In this document: positions 53,228 to 63,717 of the stretch, piece by piece | How the letters are laid out: each line of letters opens with the position of its first letter | How positions within the stretch are numbered: the first letter of the stretch is position 1 | From: an uncultured Thermoleophilia bacterium | GTDB taxonomy: Bacteria; Actinomycetota; Thermoleophilia; UBA2241 | DNA: 64,000 nt | Direction: 5' to 3' | Assembly: GCA_963767505.1 (NCBI GenBank) | Contig: CAVYDV010000008.1 | Span: 50,683-114,682 of the forward strand | Notes under the pieces: generated by a model | Told to the model about the DNA's origin: nothing | The model's input: the letters and a program-made list of their open reading frames with translations, nothing else | The model's database searches: none | Translations under genes and position numbers: made by a program

Positions 53228-54427
53228 GTCGCCTGCTCAAGCAGGTGGGCTGCTTCGTGGACGTCCTTGTCTCCTCGGCCGGACAGGTTGACGACGACGA
53301 TGTCGCCAGAGGAGAAGCAGCTGCCCGACGGGGTGAACGCGGGTCCACTCGACGGGCCGCGCAGCACGTAGGCGATGGCGTGGGCGCTCTCGAGCGCCGG
53401 GATGATGCCCTCCATGGCGGGCGAGCGTGCGGAAGGCGGCCAGGGCCTCTGCGTCGGTGGCCGCCGCGTATCGCGCCCGCCCGGAGTCCTTGAGCCACGA
53501 ATGCTCGGGGCCGACACCGGGGTAGTCGAGCCCCGCAGAGATGGAATGAGCCTCTGCCACCTGGCCCCAGGCGTCCTGCAGGAGGTAGCTGAAGCAGCCG
53601 TGCAGCACGCCAGGCTTGCCTTTCGCAAGCGGCGCTCCGTGACGACCGTCGAGGCCCTCGCCGGCTGCCTCGACGCCCGTGAAGCGCACCGGGAGGTCGC
53701 GGAACGCGTGGAAGAGCCCGATGGCGTTGGATCCGCCGCCGACACATGCGACGACCTCGTCGGGGAGGCAGCCGAAGCGCTCCCTCACTTGTCCGATCGC
53801 CTCGTCGCCGATCACGGCCTGGAAGTCGCGCACCATCGCCGGGTATGGCGCGGGACCCGCGACCGAGCCGATGACGTAGAAGGTGGTCGCGACGTTCGTG
53901 ACCCAGTCGCGCAGCGCCTCGTTCATTGCGTCCTTGAGCGTCTGCGAGCCGCTCTCCACCGTGACGACGCGCGCGCCCAGCAGCCCCATGCGCACAACAT
54001 TGAGCTCCTGCCGCCGGATGTCCTCGGCGCCCATGTAGACGACGCACTCCAGGTCGAGCAGAGCACAGGCGGTCGCCGTGGCGACGCCGTGTTGGCCGGC
54101 ACCCGTCTCGGCGATCACACGGCGCTTGCCCATGCGCCTTGCCAGAAGCGCCTGTCCGAGGACGTTGTTGATCTTGTGGGCGCCAGTGTGGCAGAGGTCC
54201 TCGCGCTTGAGGAGGATGGTGGCTCCGCAGAGCTTGCTTAGCCTGCCGGCGTGATAGAGGGGCGTCGGCCGCCCTGCGTAGTCGGCAAGGAGGCCCGCGA
54301 GCACGGACTGGAAGGTGGCGTCGGCGCGGGCTTCCTCGTAGGCCGTCGTGAGCTCGTCCAGCGCCGGGACGAGTGTCTCCGGCACGAAACGCCCGCCGTA
54401 GGGGCCGAAGTGGGACTGGATACTCAT
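53224..54427 (-). CDS. trpB: Tryptophan synthase beta chain; frameshift near 53420
   Basis: [67 protein letters not shown]. Confidence 0.96.
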
Positions 54428-55062
54428 GCAGAAGCACCTCGCGCGTAGTCGACGTCGGCGACGGCGGCGAAGAACCCGGCCAGCAGGTCCTCGTCCTTGA
54501 CGCCGGGAGCTGCCTCCGTCCCGCTGCACACGTCGACCATGGACGGCTGCAGGGCGGCGACCGCCTCACCAACATTGCCTGGTGCAAGGCCACCCGCCAC
54601 AACGAGGCGCTCCTTGGGGGGTAGTGCAGTCTGCGCAAGGGCTCGCCAGTTCAGCGCGGCGCCGGTGCCTCCGTAGACGCCGGGGCGGCGCGCGTCGAGC
54701 AGCGTGAGGTCGGCCGACGCTGCGTCGGGCGTGTCTGCCGCAGCAATCACGAGGGGCCGCAGTCCCTGTCGCTCGGCCGCTCTCCGCACCGCCGCGACCG
54801 AGGGTCCGTCCGCGCCTGCTGAGAGCTGGACGGCGCGCAAACCGCTCACGACCAGCGCGGCCGCGATCCACTCGTCGGATTCCGTCGTGACGACGGCGAC
54901 CGTGAGAACGTCGCGGGCCTTTGTGGCCAGCTCGCGGGCACGCGCCGACGCCACCTGACGGGGACTCGCGCTGAACACGAAACCGCAGGCGGCGGCGCCC
55001 ATCTCGACGGCGTGGTCTACGTCGCGCTCGCGAGTGAGGCCGCAGACCTTGACGAGGGTCAT
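54424..55062 (-). CDS. trpF: Phosphoribosylanthranilate isomerase
   Basis: VKVCGLT, GFVF..SPR.V, LLDA, GGTG, AGGL, VDVCSG.E..PG.KD. Confidence 0.92.
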   Translation of the reverse strand: MTLVKVCGLTRERDVDHAVEMGAAACGFVFSASPRQVASARARELATKARDVLTVAVVTTESDEWIAAALVVSGLRAVQLSAGADGPSVAAVRRAAERQGLRPLVIAAADTPDAASADLTLLDARRPGVYGGTGAALNWRALAQTALPPKERLVVAGGLAPGNVGEAVAALQPSMVDVCSGTEAAPGVKDEDLLAGFFAAVADVDYARGASA

Positions 55063-55886
55063 CGCTCGCCTCCGAGAGATCTGCCGGCGCTGCGCAGAGC
55101 GTGGACTCGTCCGGGGAGGTCTCCGGCGCCGGCAAGCACCAGCGTCTCGCCGACGAGGAGGGCTCGTGCGCCGGCGAGCGCCATGCGACACGCGTCGCCT
55201 GCGTCTGCGATGCCGCTCTCGCTCACGAGCAACACGTGCGCCGGCACACGGTGCGCCAAGCGCTCGGTGGCGCCGAGATCGACGGTCAGGGTGCGGAGGT
55301 CGCGGTTGTTCACGCCGATCAGTGTAGCCCCACTCGCCAAGGCACGCTGCATCTCGGCCTCGTCGTGCACCTCGACGAGTGCGTCGAGCCCACAGAGCCG
55401 GCACTCCTCCAAGAGGTCGCCCAGCGTTCTGTCCGACAGGGCCGCGACGATCAGTAGAACGGCTGCGGCGCCCGCATCGGTCGCTTCCCAGATCTGGTAC
55501 GGATCGACGATGAAGTCTTTGCGCAGCACCGGCAGACCGACAGCTGCGGCGACGGCGCGTAGGTCCTCGAGCGAGCCGCCGAAGCGCGAGGGCTCGGTGA
55601 GCACCGAAACGGCGTCCGCGCCTGCCGCCTCGTAGGCGCGGGCCTGGGCGACGGCGTCCAGATCGGGCGCGATGGCGCCCTTGCTCGGTGAGCGGCGCTT
55701 GACCTCGGCGATGAGCGCCAGGGATCCCGACGCTCCCGCGATGCCGTCCTTGGCGGCCGGCGCCGCGAGCGCGGCGAACAGGCCGCCGCCGTCTTCCTCG
55801 GCTGGACGTGCCAGCGGCACCGCCTGGCGCGCTGCCGCGACGCGCTCACGGGCACCGGCGACCATCTCTGCAAGGAACTCGGTCAT
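55059..55886 (-). CDS. trpC: Indole-3-glycerol-phosphate synthase
   Basis: LIAEVKRRSPSKG, SVLTE..RFGGS, LRKDFIVD, IGVNNRDL, VSESGI. Confidence 0.94.
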   Translation of the reverse strand: MTEFLAEMVAGARERVAAARQAVPLARPAEEDGGGLFAALAAPAAKDGIAGASGSLALIAEVKRRSPSKGAIAPDLDAVAQARAYEAAGADAVSVLTEPSRFGGSLEDLRAVAAAVGLPVLRKDFIVDPYQIWEATDAGAAAVLLIVAALSDRTLGDLLEECRLCGLDALVEVHDEAEMQRALASGATLIGVNNRDLRTLTVDLGATERLAHRVPAHVLLVSESGIADAGDACRMALAGARALLVGETLVLAGAGDLPGRVHALRSAGRSLGGER

Positions 55887-56929
55887 GCGGATGCCGCCTT
55901 GAGGCGGTTCGTCGTCGCGATGAGGGCCTCGAGCTTGGCGCGGGCGGCGCCGGAAGCGACGGCGCTCCGCGCCGTCTCGACGCCCTCGGCGATGGTCGCA
56001 GCGGTCTCGGCTATGTAGAGGGCAGCGCCAGCGTTCAGCAGGACGATGTCGAGGCGCGGCCCGTCGACGCCGTCCAGCACCTCGAGCAGGTACCCCGCGT
56101 TCTCGTCGGCGTCACCGCCGCGTAGCTCCTCGAGCCGGGCGCGGCGCATCCCGAATGCCTCGGGCTGGAGCTCGTAGATCGCGTCGAGTCCCTTGTCGGC
56201 GAAGACCTCGACGACGTCGGTGCGACAGGTGGTCGAGATCTCGTCGAGCCCGTCTTCGCTGTGCACGATGAGGTTGCGCGCCGACCCCATCAGGCGAACG
56301 GCCTGGGCGATACGCTGGATGTAGCGCGGGTCGGCGACACCGATGAGCTGGTGCCTGGCGCCGGCTGGGTTGGCAAGAGGGCCGATGAGGTTGAAGGTCG
56401 TGGCCATGCCCAGCTCGCGGCGTACCGGCGCCACGTGCCGCATGGCCAGGTGGTGGCGTGGCGCGAACATGAACCCGATTCCAGCCTCGGCGATGCAGCG
56501 ACTCACCAGCGGCGGCTCGATGTCGATGGCGACACCGAGCGCCTCGAGGACGTCGGCGCTGCCGCACTTGCTGGTGGCCGAGCGGTTGCCGTGCTTGGCC
56601 ACCGTCACACCGGCGCCGGCGGCCACGATGGCTGCCGCCGTCGAGATGTTGAAGGTGTTGGCCCCGTCTCCGCCGGTGCCGCAGGTGTCGAGGATGACGT
56701 CGGCATCGACCTCGACCTTCTCTGCCAGCTCGGTCATGGCTCGCGCCATGCCGACGATCTCGGCCGCCGTCTCGCCCTTGACGCGTAGGGCGCTGAGGAA
56801 GGCGGCCGTCTGCGCATCGCCGGCGCGGCCGGCCATGATTTCGAGCAGGACACCGCGCGCCTCGTCCTCGGTGAGGTCGCGACCAGCGGTGAGCGTCTGC
56901 AGGGCTGCGGTGATGACGTCATTCGGCAC
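55883..56929 (-). CDS. trpD: Anthranilate phosphoribosyltransferase
   Basis: DTCGTGGDG.NTFNIST, KHGNRS.TSKCGSADVLEALG, FNLIGPLANP, GLDEIS; GTG start with GGAGG. Confidence 0.95.
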   Translation of the reverse strand: MPNDVITAALQTLTAGRDLTEDEARGVLLEIMAGRAGDAQTAAFLSALRVKGETAAEIVGMARAMTELAEKVEVDADVILDTCGTGGDGANTFNISTAAAIVAAGAGVTVAKHGNRSATSKCGSADVLEALGVAIDIEPPLVSRCIAEAGIGFMFAPRHHLAMRHVAPVRRELGMATTFNLIGPLANPAGARHQLIGVADPRYIQRIAQAVRLMGSARNLIVHSEDGLDEISTTCRTDVVEVFADKGLDAIYELQPEAFGMRRARLEELRGGDADENAGYLLEVLDGVDGPRLDIVLLNAGAALYIAETAATIAEGVETARSAVASGAARAKLEALIATTNRLKAASA

Positions 56930-57569
56930 GTGGGTCCTCCTGTGCTCCAGCGGTCGCAGTTGCTTGGTCAGAGGCGGGCCCCATGCCCAGGAAGTTGCGC
57001 AGCAGGTCGAGGCCCGCCGTGGTGAGCACGCTCTCGGGGTGGAACTGGACGCCGTGTACCGGCAGCTCGCGGTGGCGCACCCCCATGACGATGCCCTCGG
57101 AGTTCCAGGCCGTGAGCTCCAGGTCATGTGGCAGGTCGCGGTCGAGCACTAGGGAGTGGTAGCGGGTCGCCGTGAAGGGGTCCGGCAGATCGGCGAAGAT
57201 GCCGCGGCCGTCGTGCCTGATCTGGTCGGTCTTGCCATGCACAGGCTCGCCGGCACGGTGAACGACTCCGCCATAGGCCTGTCCGACGGCCTGATGGCCG
57301 AGACAGACGCCGAGTACCGGGAGGTGTCGGGCGCCGAAGTGGACGATTGCGTCCATGCTGAGGCCTGCCTCATTGGGTGTGCACGGACCGGGCGAGATGA
57401 GGAGGTGCGTGGGGTCCTCGGCGGCGATCTCGGCAATCGTCACGCGATCGTTGCGACGCACGGTGATGTCCGCTCCGAGCTCGCCCAGGTATTGGACCAG
57501 GTTATACGTGAACGAGTCGTAGTTGTCGATCACGAAGACGCGTGCGTCGGCCGATGAGGGCATCGTCAC
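56919..57569 (-). CDS. trpG: Anthranilate synthase component II
   Basis: IDNYDSFTYNLVQY, ISPGP, GVCLGHQ, TRYHSL, GVQFHPES. Confidence 0.94.
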   Translation of the reverse strand: MTMPSSADARVFVIDNYDSFTYNLVQYLGELGADITVRRNDRVTIAEIAAEDPTHLLISPGPCTPNEAGLSMDAIVHFGARHLPVLGVCLGHQAVGQAYGGVVHRAGEPVHGKTDQIRHDGRGIFADLPDPFTATRYHSLVLDRDLPHDLELTAWNSEGIVMGVRHRELPVHGVQFHPESVLTTAGLDLLRNFLGMGPASDQATATAGAQEDPRAE

Positions 57570-59153
57570 TTCCCCCAGTCGCTGGTCTCTGGACGCGCGG
57601 AACCGGCAAACTCCTCGTGCGCGAGCTGGATGGCGCGCAGCAAGGCTGCGGCCTTGCTCTGTGTCTCCTCGTACTCCCGGCCGGGGTCGCTGTCGGCGAC
57701 GATCCCCGCGCCGGCCTGCAGATACGCGACGCCATCCTTCACGATCATCGTGCGGATGCAGATGCAGGTGTCGAGGTCGCCCCCGTAGCTCAGATAGCCG
57801 ATGGCCCCGGCGTAGGGACCCCTCCGCAGGGGCTCGAGCTCGTCGATGATCTGCATGGCTCGCACCTTGGGGGCGCCGCTCACCGTGCCCGCGGGGAAGG
57901 CCGCCTTGAGGGCGTCTGTCGGGGTCATCCCTTCGCTCAGGGTACCGCTCACGTTCGAGACCATGTGGATGACGTGCGAGTACGACTCCATGCCCATAAA
58001 CTCGTCGACCGTGACGCTGCCCGGCACGCACACTCGGCCGAGGTCGTTTCGTCCCAGATCGACGAGCATCAGGTGCTCGGCGCACTCCTTCTCGTCGGCG
58101 CGCAGGTCGGCCATGAGCCTGCGGTCCTCGGCCGCGGTCGCGCCGCGCTTGCGTGTGCCGGCGATCGGTCGCGTCTCGACGTGACCGTCGCGCACAGTGA
58201 CGAGAGGTTCGGGGCTCGAGCCGCAGAGAGCGAAGTCGTCGAAGGCGATGTAGTACATGTAAGGGCTCGGATTGACGGCCCGCAGGCCGCGATAGACCGT
58301 GAACGACGAGACGTCGATGGGCGTGCGGAAGCGCTGGCTGAGGACGACCTGGAACGCGTCGCCGGCGTAGATGTACTCGCGGAGGCGCTCGACGCCCGCC
58401 TCGTACTCCTCGCGGCTCATCGACGAGGTCACGGGGCGCGAGGCATCACCCCGCGGGTCTTTCTCGCCGGCCACGCCTTGACCGGGGAGCCCAGGCTGAC
58501 CGCAGGCAGGCGACGGAAGTGGCTGCTCGAGCTTGGCCTTGACGTCGGCGATCCGCTCGACGGCGCGCTCGTATGGTCCATCGATGTCGCGTCCCTCGAC
58601 GAAGGCATTGGCGACCACCGTGATCGTGTGCTTGAGATGGTCGAACACGAGGACCGTATCGGCGAGCAGGAAGGCCATCTCGGGAAGGCCGAGGTCGTCC
58701 GGAGGGGCGTTGGGCAGCGGCTCGAGGTGACGCACGAGGTCGTAGCCGAAGTAGCCGACGAGGCCGCCCGCGAGGGGCGGCAGGTCGTCGTTCGCCGGCG
58801 GTGCGGTAGCTGGTGAGGAGCTCGGCAGCCGCGGCGAAGGGATCGTCGTGCTCGACCTCGAGACGGTCGCCGTTCTCCTGGATCGTCAGGCGCCCGTTCG
58901 CGTAGGTGACGAGGGCACGGGCGCCCACGCCAAGGAACGAGTAGCGGCCCATGTGCTGACCCTGCTGCGCGCTCTCGAGCAGGAAGGCGCGCCGTGGGGT
59001 ACCGAGCTTGAGGAATGCCGAGACGGGGGTCTCGAGATCGGAGACGAACGAGTGGGTGACGGGAACGACGTTATGAGCCAGTGCGAGGCGTTGCGCCTCG
59101 ACTAGCTGCGGTGTGACGCGTATGTCCTTTGCCACGGGCCAAGCATGTGACAC
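57566..59153 (-). CDS. trpE: Anthranilate synthase component I; frameshift near 58780, start uncertain
   Basis: ETPVSAFLKL, FLLESA, GDAFQVVLSQ, NPSPYM, PIAGT, EHLMLVDLGRND, PAGTVSGAPK, QAGAGIVADS. Confidence 0.94.
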
Positions 59154-59212
59154 CTCCCGGTGAACACGACCCAGCGTTGCTCGTTCGCCGACCTTGCTCT
59201 GACGATGGATGA

Positions 59213-59241
59213 ACGCTAGGGCAGTGGCACGCGCCTGTCAA
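59213..59241 (-). promoter_or_regulatory. Sigma-A promoter of the trp operon, TTGACA-N17-TAGCGT
   Basis: Consensus -35, 17-nt spacer, TANNNT -10, about 60 nt upstream of trpE. Confidence 0.7.
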
Positions 59242-59393
59242 GCGCCGCCCTGGCACAGGATGCTGGGCGGCTCGCGCGCCTCGCGCGGGTCCGTCGCGTG
59301 GTCCGCTGGGCTGACCGGAGGTCGGCGCTGTGCCTGAGCGAGGCCCAGGGGAGGGAGGTCGCCGGGTCGTCCGCATGAAGCTAGACTTTCGTC

Positions 59394-60857
59394 ATGCTGC
59401 CCCTGCGCCGTATCACGTCGGAGGACTTGCACCGGCGCCGCTGGGGCCTTCTCGCCCTGACCTCCATCGGGGCCTTCATGAGCCCCCTGGACAGCGCCAT
59501 CGTCGCGGTCGCGCTGCCGGTGATGAGCCCTGACCTGGACCTCAGCTTCGCGACGTCGATGTGGGTGCAGGCCGCGTATCTGCTGACCATGGCGGTGCTT
59601 CTGATCCCCATGGGAAGGGTGGCCGACCACCGTGGCCGCGTGCGCTACTATCTGTTGGGCATCGCCGTGTTCACGGTGGGGTCGTTTCTGGCGTCACTGA
59701 GCATGAACGCCAGCTGGATGATCGGCAGTCGCATCGTACAAGGCGCCGGAGCGGCGCTGCTCAGTGCGACATCGGCGGCGATCGTCACTGCCGTGTTCCC
59801 GCCGCACGAGCGCGGTCGCGCTCTCGGCATCAATGTGATGGCCATCTATCTCGGGCTGAGCATCGGTCCGCCGCTCGGAGGGTTCCTTGCCGGCGGTCTC
59901 GGCTGGCGCTGGGTCTTCCTCGTGAATCTGCCGGTCGGGGCCATCTCTCTCCTCTGGGGTTGGTTCCTGCTGCCGCGGCGGGATTCGGTCCGCAGGGAGG
60001 CGTCGCGCCCCGATGCTCTCGGGACGATCCTGCTCAGCCTGTTCCTCATATGTCTGCTCGTGCCCCTGACCTTCGGCGCGGAGTGGGGCTGGATGGCGCC
60101 GCAGAGCGTTGCGCTGTTGGCAGTCTCGGGTCTCGCCCTGGCGGCGTTCGTGGTCACGGAGCTGCGCGTCTCGGGACCCCGTTCTCGATCTCGACCTGCT
60201 TCGGCACAACCGCCTCTTCGCGGCCGCCAATCTCGCCGCCTTCATCAACTACATGGCCCTTGCGGCGATCGGCATCCTGACCGCCATCTTCCTCCAGGTG
60301 GTGCAGGGGCGATCGCCCGCAGTCACCGGCTGGCTGATGCTCAGCCAGCCGTTCATCATGGCCCTGCTGAGCCCCCTGAGCGGCCGGTTGAGCGATCGTG
60401 TCGGTTCCCGTGTGCTCACCACCACGGGGATGCTCACGATCGCTCTCGGCATGGGCGTGCTCGCGACTATGGGGCAGGAGGCGGGGGTCGAGCGGGTCGT
60501 CGTCGGTCTTGCGGTCGTCGGCCTGGGCATGGCTGCCTTCAGCGCGCCCAACAGCTCCGCGGTCATGGGCGCCGTGCGCAGCGACCAGCTCAGCCTGGCA
60601 AGCGCCTTTCTCGGGACCATGCGCGTGACCGGCATGACGCTCAGCTTCGCCGTGCTGGGGGGCGTCGCCGCGAGCCAGCTGGGGGACAGGGCGGACGCCT
60701 GCTCTTCTCGCTGCAGGGCCAAGGGGCGGGCCTGGCCGCGCAGGCCGCCGAAGGGTACGTGCGCGGCTACCGCTACGCCATGCTCGTCGGTGTCGTGCTG
60801 GCGCTCGTCGGTGCCAGCGTGTCTCTCACCCGGGGGCCGCACGGCTCGGGGGCGTGA
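59394..60857 (+). CDS. DHA2-type (14-TM) MFS efflux transporter; frameshifts near 60180 and 60700
   Basis: FMSPLDSAIV.VALP, GRVADH.GR (motif A), R..QG.G, ERGRALG, LGLSIGPPLGG, FLVNLPVG. Confidence 0.88.
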   Translation: MLPLRRITSEDLHRRRWGLLALTSIGAFMSPLDSAIVAVALPVMSPDLDLSFATSMWVQAAYLLTMAVLLIPMGRVADHRGRVRYYLLGIAVFTVGSFLASLSMNASWMIGSRIVQGAGAALLSATSAAIVTAVFPPHERGRALGINVMAIYLGLSIGPPLGGFLAGGLGWRWVFLVNLPVGAISLLWGWFLLPRRDSVRREASRPDALGTILLSLFLICLLVPLTFGAEWGWMAPQSVALLAVSGLALAAFVVTELRVSGPRSRSRPASAQPPLRGRQSRRLHQLHGPCGDRHPDRHLPPGGAGAIARSHRLADAQPAVHHGPAEPPERPVERSCRFPCAHHHGDAHDRSRHGRARDYGAGGGGRAGRRRSCGRRPGHGCLQRAQQLRGHGRRAQRPAQPGKRLSRDHARDRHDAQLRRAGGRRREPAGGQGGRLLFSLQGQGAGLAAQAAEGYVRGYRYAMLVGVVLALVGASVSLTRGPHGSGA

Positions 60858-60858
60858 C

Positions 60859-61790
60859 TCACGGCCCACGGACTCTCTCAGGTTGAGCTAGAGGGTGAGG
60901 CTCACCGGCGTCGGGGGCGACGGCCCGAGCGGGCGCCGGACTGTTCCCCGACTCGCCGGCCTGACCCGCCGTCGGCCGATCGGCGACGGGGACGAAGCGG
61001 GCCACATCCGGGTCGGGCAGTCGGTCCCAAGCGCCGCGAACGCCCTCGTGGCCGGCTCCCAGCTCCACGTGCAGCATGGCGATACCGAAGTCGATGGGCG
61101 CGGTCCAGTACACCTTCTCGGCGCGGCCCATGACCAGGGAGCCATCTCGAAGACGGAAGCGCCACGGTTGACGGTTGGCGCCTGAGGGCGCCAGCCGGGC
61201 GGCCTCCACTGCCGTCACGGCCCAGTCTGGCCATGCCTCGTGGTCCGGCCCGAATCCGCGCTTCAGTCCAGGGGCTATCTCCTCGACCTGCCGGCGAGCG
61301 GCGGAGCGCACTGCGGCGCTCATCATTCGCTCCATGATCTGTTTGCGCTCGACTGGGTGGCCTACCGGCGTGACCGCCACGACCTGCTCGCCAGGCTGAA
61401 GGGAGGCCAACGGCTCCACCGTCTCGCGGTCGAACATCCCGGCGACCCAGCAGGTGCCGAGCCCGAGGCGCGTGGCTTCGAGTATGAAGGCTTCGCCGAC
61501 GTAGCCGGCCTCGACCTCGCTGCCCTCGGGTCCGACGAAGGCCGCGGTCCAGGGGGCCCCCTCGATACGGCCGTATGCCCTCGCGCCGCGGTCGAGGATC
61601 CCCGTGTAGATCGTCGGCGCCGCCTTCGATCAGGGTGACTCGCACGCCCGAAGAGAGCTGGAACGTCTGGCAAAAGGACCGCAGGGCGTCGATCGATGCT
61701 GGCTCGACGTCGCGGCCGGAAAACCGGCGGCGTGAACGGCGCACGGCGATGGCGTCGTACCAGGCTGGGTCGAGACTCAGGGCAGTGATC
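60859..61790 (-). CDS. Two-domain nitroreductase family protein; frameshift, boundaries approximate
   Basis: AIAVRRSRRRF, AVEAARLAPSGANRQPWRF, DFGIAMLHVELG. Confidence 0.8.
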
Positions 61791-61842
61791 TGGCCTGCTC
61801 CTTTGCTTGTGGATCGCCGGGGACGTGGCCCGGCCGGGGCGA

Positions 61843-62256
61843 CTAGCGGAGCTCGTCGCCGGCGTGCGGCCCGGGGCCCATGTCCCACACGGAGTCCACG
61901 GTGATGCGCACCACGTACTTCATCGGCGGAAGATGCTGTGCGGCGCTGATCGGCTTGAGCTTCTCGTTGACCTGGTCGAAGACCTCGCCGTGGTCGATGA
62001 GCTCCGCATGGCCCTTGACCTGCATCGCGACCTTCCTCTCCGGGTCGTGGATGCCGACGGCGACGCGGTTGTCGTTCTCGAGGTTCTCCCGCGTCTTGTG
62101 AGAGAACATGTCGGCGAAGTACAGGTGCTCGTCGTCGAGCAGGGCGCCGCTGCCCTTGATGGAGACGTTCGGCATGCCGTCTGGACCGACCGTGGCTATC
62201 CAGACGTTGTGCCCGCCGGCCAGAAGGTCGTGCAACTCTTGCGGGATGGTGGTCAT
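61843..62256 (-). CDS. Pyridoxamine 5'-phosphate oxidase-like FMN-binding split-barrel protein
   Basis: WIATV..DGMPNVS.KGS, F.DMFS.KT.ENL..D.RVAV, QVKG. Confidence 0.82.
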   Translation of the reverse strand: MTTIPQELHDLLAGGHNVWIATVGPDGMPNVSIKGSGALLDDEHLYFADMFSHKTRENLENDNRVAVGIHDPERKVAMQVKGHAELIDHGEVFDQVNEKLKPISAAQHLPPMKYVVRITVDSVWDMGPGPHAGDELR

Positions 62257-62352
62257 GAGTCGGGCTCCTTGTCGTCGTTCGCCTACACCGTACCCGACGG
62301 CTCAAGGGGTGGAACGTCAGTCTCCGGCGGCGGACGGCGGCGCGGCCGACTC

Positions 62353-63538
62353 TCAATGCTGGAGCATCAAGTACTCGAAGGCCACGAGCGCCGCCTTGGC
62401 ACCCTCGCCGGCGGAGATCACGACCTGCTTGTCTTCGATGTCCGTGCAGTCGCCCGCTGCGAACACGCCACGCACGCCCGTGCGGCAGCGGCGGTCGACG
62501 ACGATCTCTCCGATCTTGTTCGTGTCCACGAGATCAAGGGCGAAGCCGGTGTTGGGGAAGAAGCCGACCTCGACGAACACGCCGTCGGCGGCGAGCCGCG
62601 TTTCTTCGCCCGTCTCGCGGTCGAACACCGTGATGCCGTCCACCCGGCTCGGTACCGTGGATCTCCTTCGCCTTGTGGTGCGGCAGGAACGCAATGTCCG
62701 GGCTGGCATTGACTCTGTCCTGCAGGACGCCGTCCCCGGTGAGGCCCTCGAGGGCTACCAGGTAGACCTTGTGCGCGATGGCGCTCAGCTCAAGTGCGGC
62801 CTCCAGGGCGGAATTGCCGCCGCCGACGATCATGACGTCGAGTCCCTGGAAGAGCGGTCCGTCGCACGTGGAGCAGTAGAAGACACCGACGCCAGAGAGC
62901 TCCTTCTCGCCCGGCACGTTGAGGTGCCGCTTTTGCACGCCGCTGGCGATGATCAGCGTCAGCGAGCGAATCTCGCGTCCGGACTCAAGCTCGAGGACCT
63001 TGGCCCGGCCGTCGACGCGCACGCTGGCTACCCGTTCGCCGATGAGCTCGGTCACGCCGTATTGCTTGGCCTGCGCGAACAGCCTCTGCACAAGGTCCGG
63101 ACCGGTGATGTTGTCGTAGCCCGGGTAGTTGGCGACCTCGCGCGACGTGCTGAGCTGCCCGCCGATGTCTGCGGCTACGAGGATCGTGCTGAGGTTCTTG
63201 CGCGCCGCGTACATGGCTGCGGTGAGTCCGGCCGGCCCGCCGCCGATGATCGCGACATCGTAGATGGTCTTGAATTCGGCCGGGGCCAGGCCGAGCAGGC
63301 CGTCGAGTTCGCCGGAGGCGTTGAGGCGGGCAAGGTCGTCGTAGCCGCCGAGGAGTTCGCCGTCAAGGAAGATCTCGGGCACGGTGCGGCGTCCGGAGCG
63401 CTCGAGCATCTCGCGCTGCAGTTCCTTGTTGCGGGTCACGTCCAGCTCGCGCCACTCGAGCCCTTTCGCGCGCAGAAGGGCCTTGGCCTTGGCGCAGTAC
63501 GGGCACCACTCCCGTGTGTAGATCTGGATATCCACCAT
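62353..63538 (-). CDS. Glutaredoxin (CPYC) fused to a thioredoxin-reductase/AhpF-like flavoprotein; frameshift near 62650
   Basis: YTREWCPYC..TVPEIF..GGYDD, then IIGGGPAG, GGQ, YCSTCDG, GGGNSALE, FAAGDCTD..KQ.VI..GEGAKAAL. Confidence 0.88.
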
Positions 63539-63717
63539 GGCGGTTCCCTCGCTTCTGGATGTCGTCCTCCGTCAGGTCACATCATACTCGCCGCGTGCTC
63601 TTGCGGGCAGGACGTGGGGGCTGACGGAGGGAACGAGCCGATCGAGGGGACCGGCGTTTCGAGCGGGCTGAGGCGCGGTGATGCTCTTCCATCAGATCGG
63701 CGAGCAAGGAGGACGAC

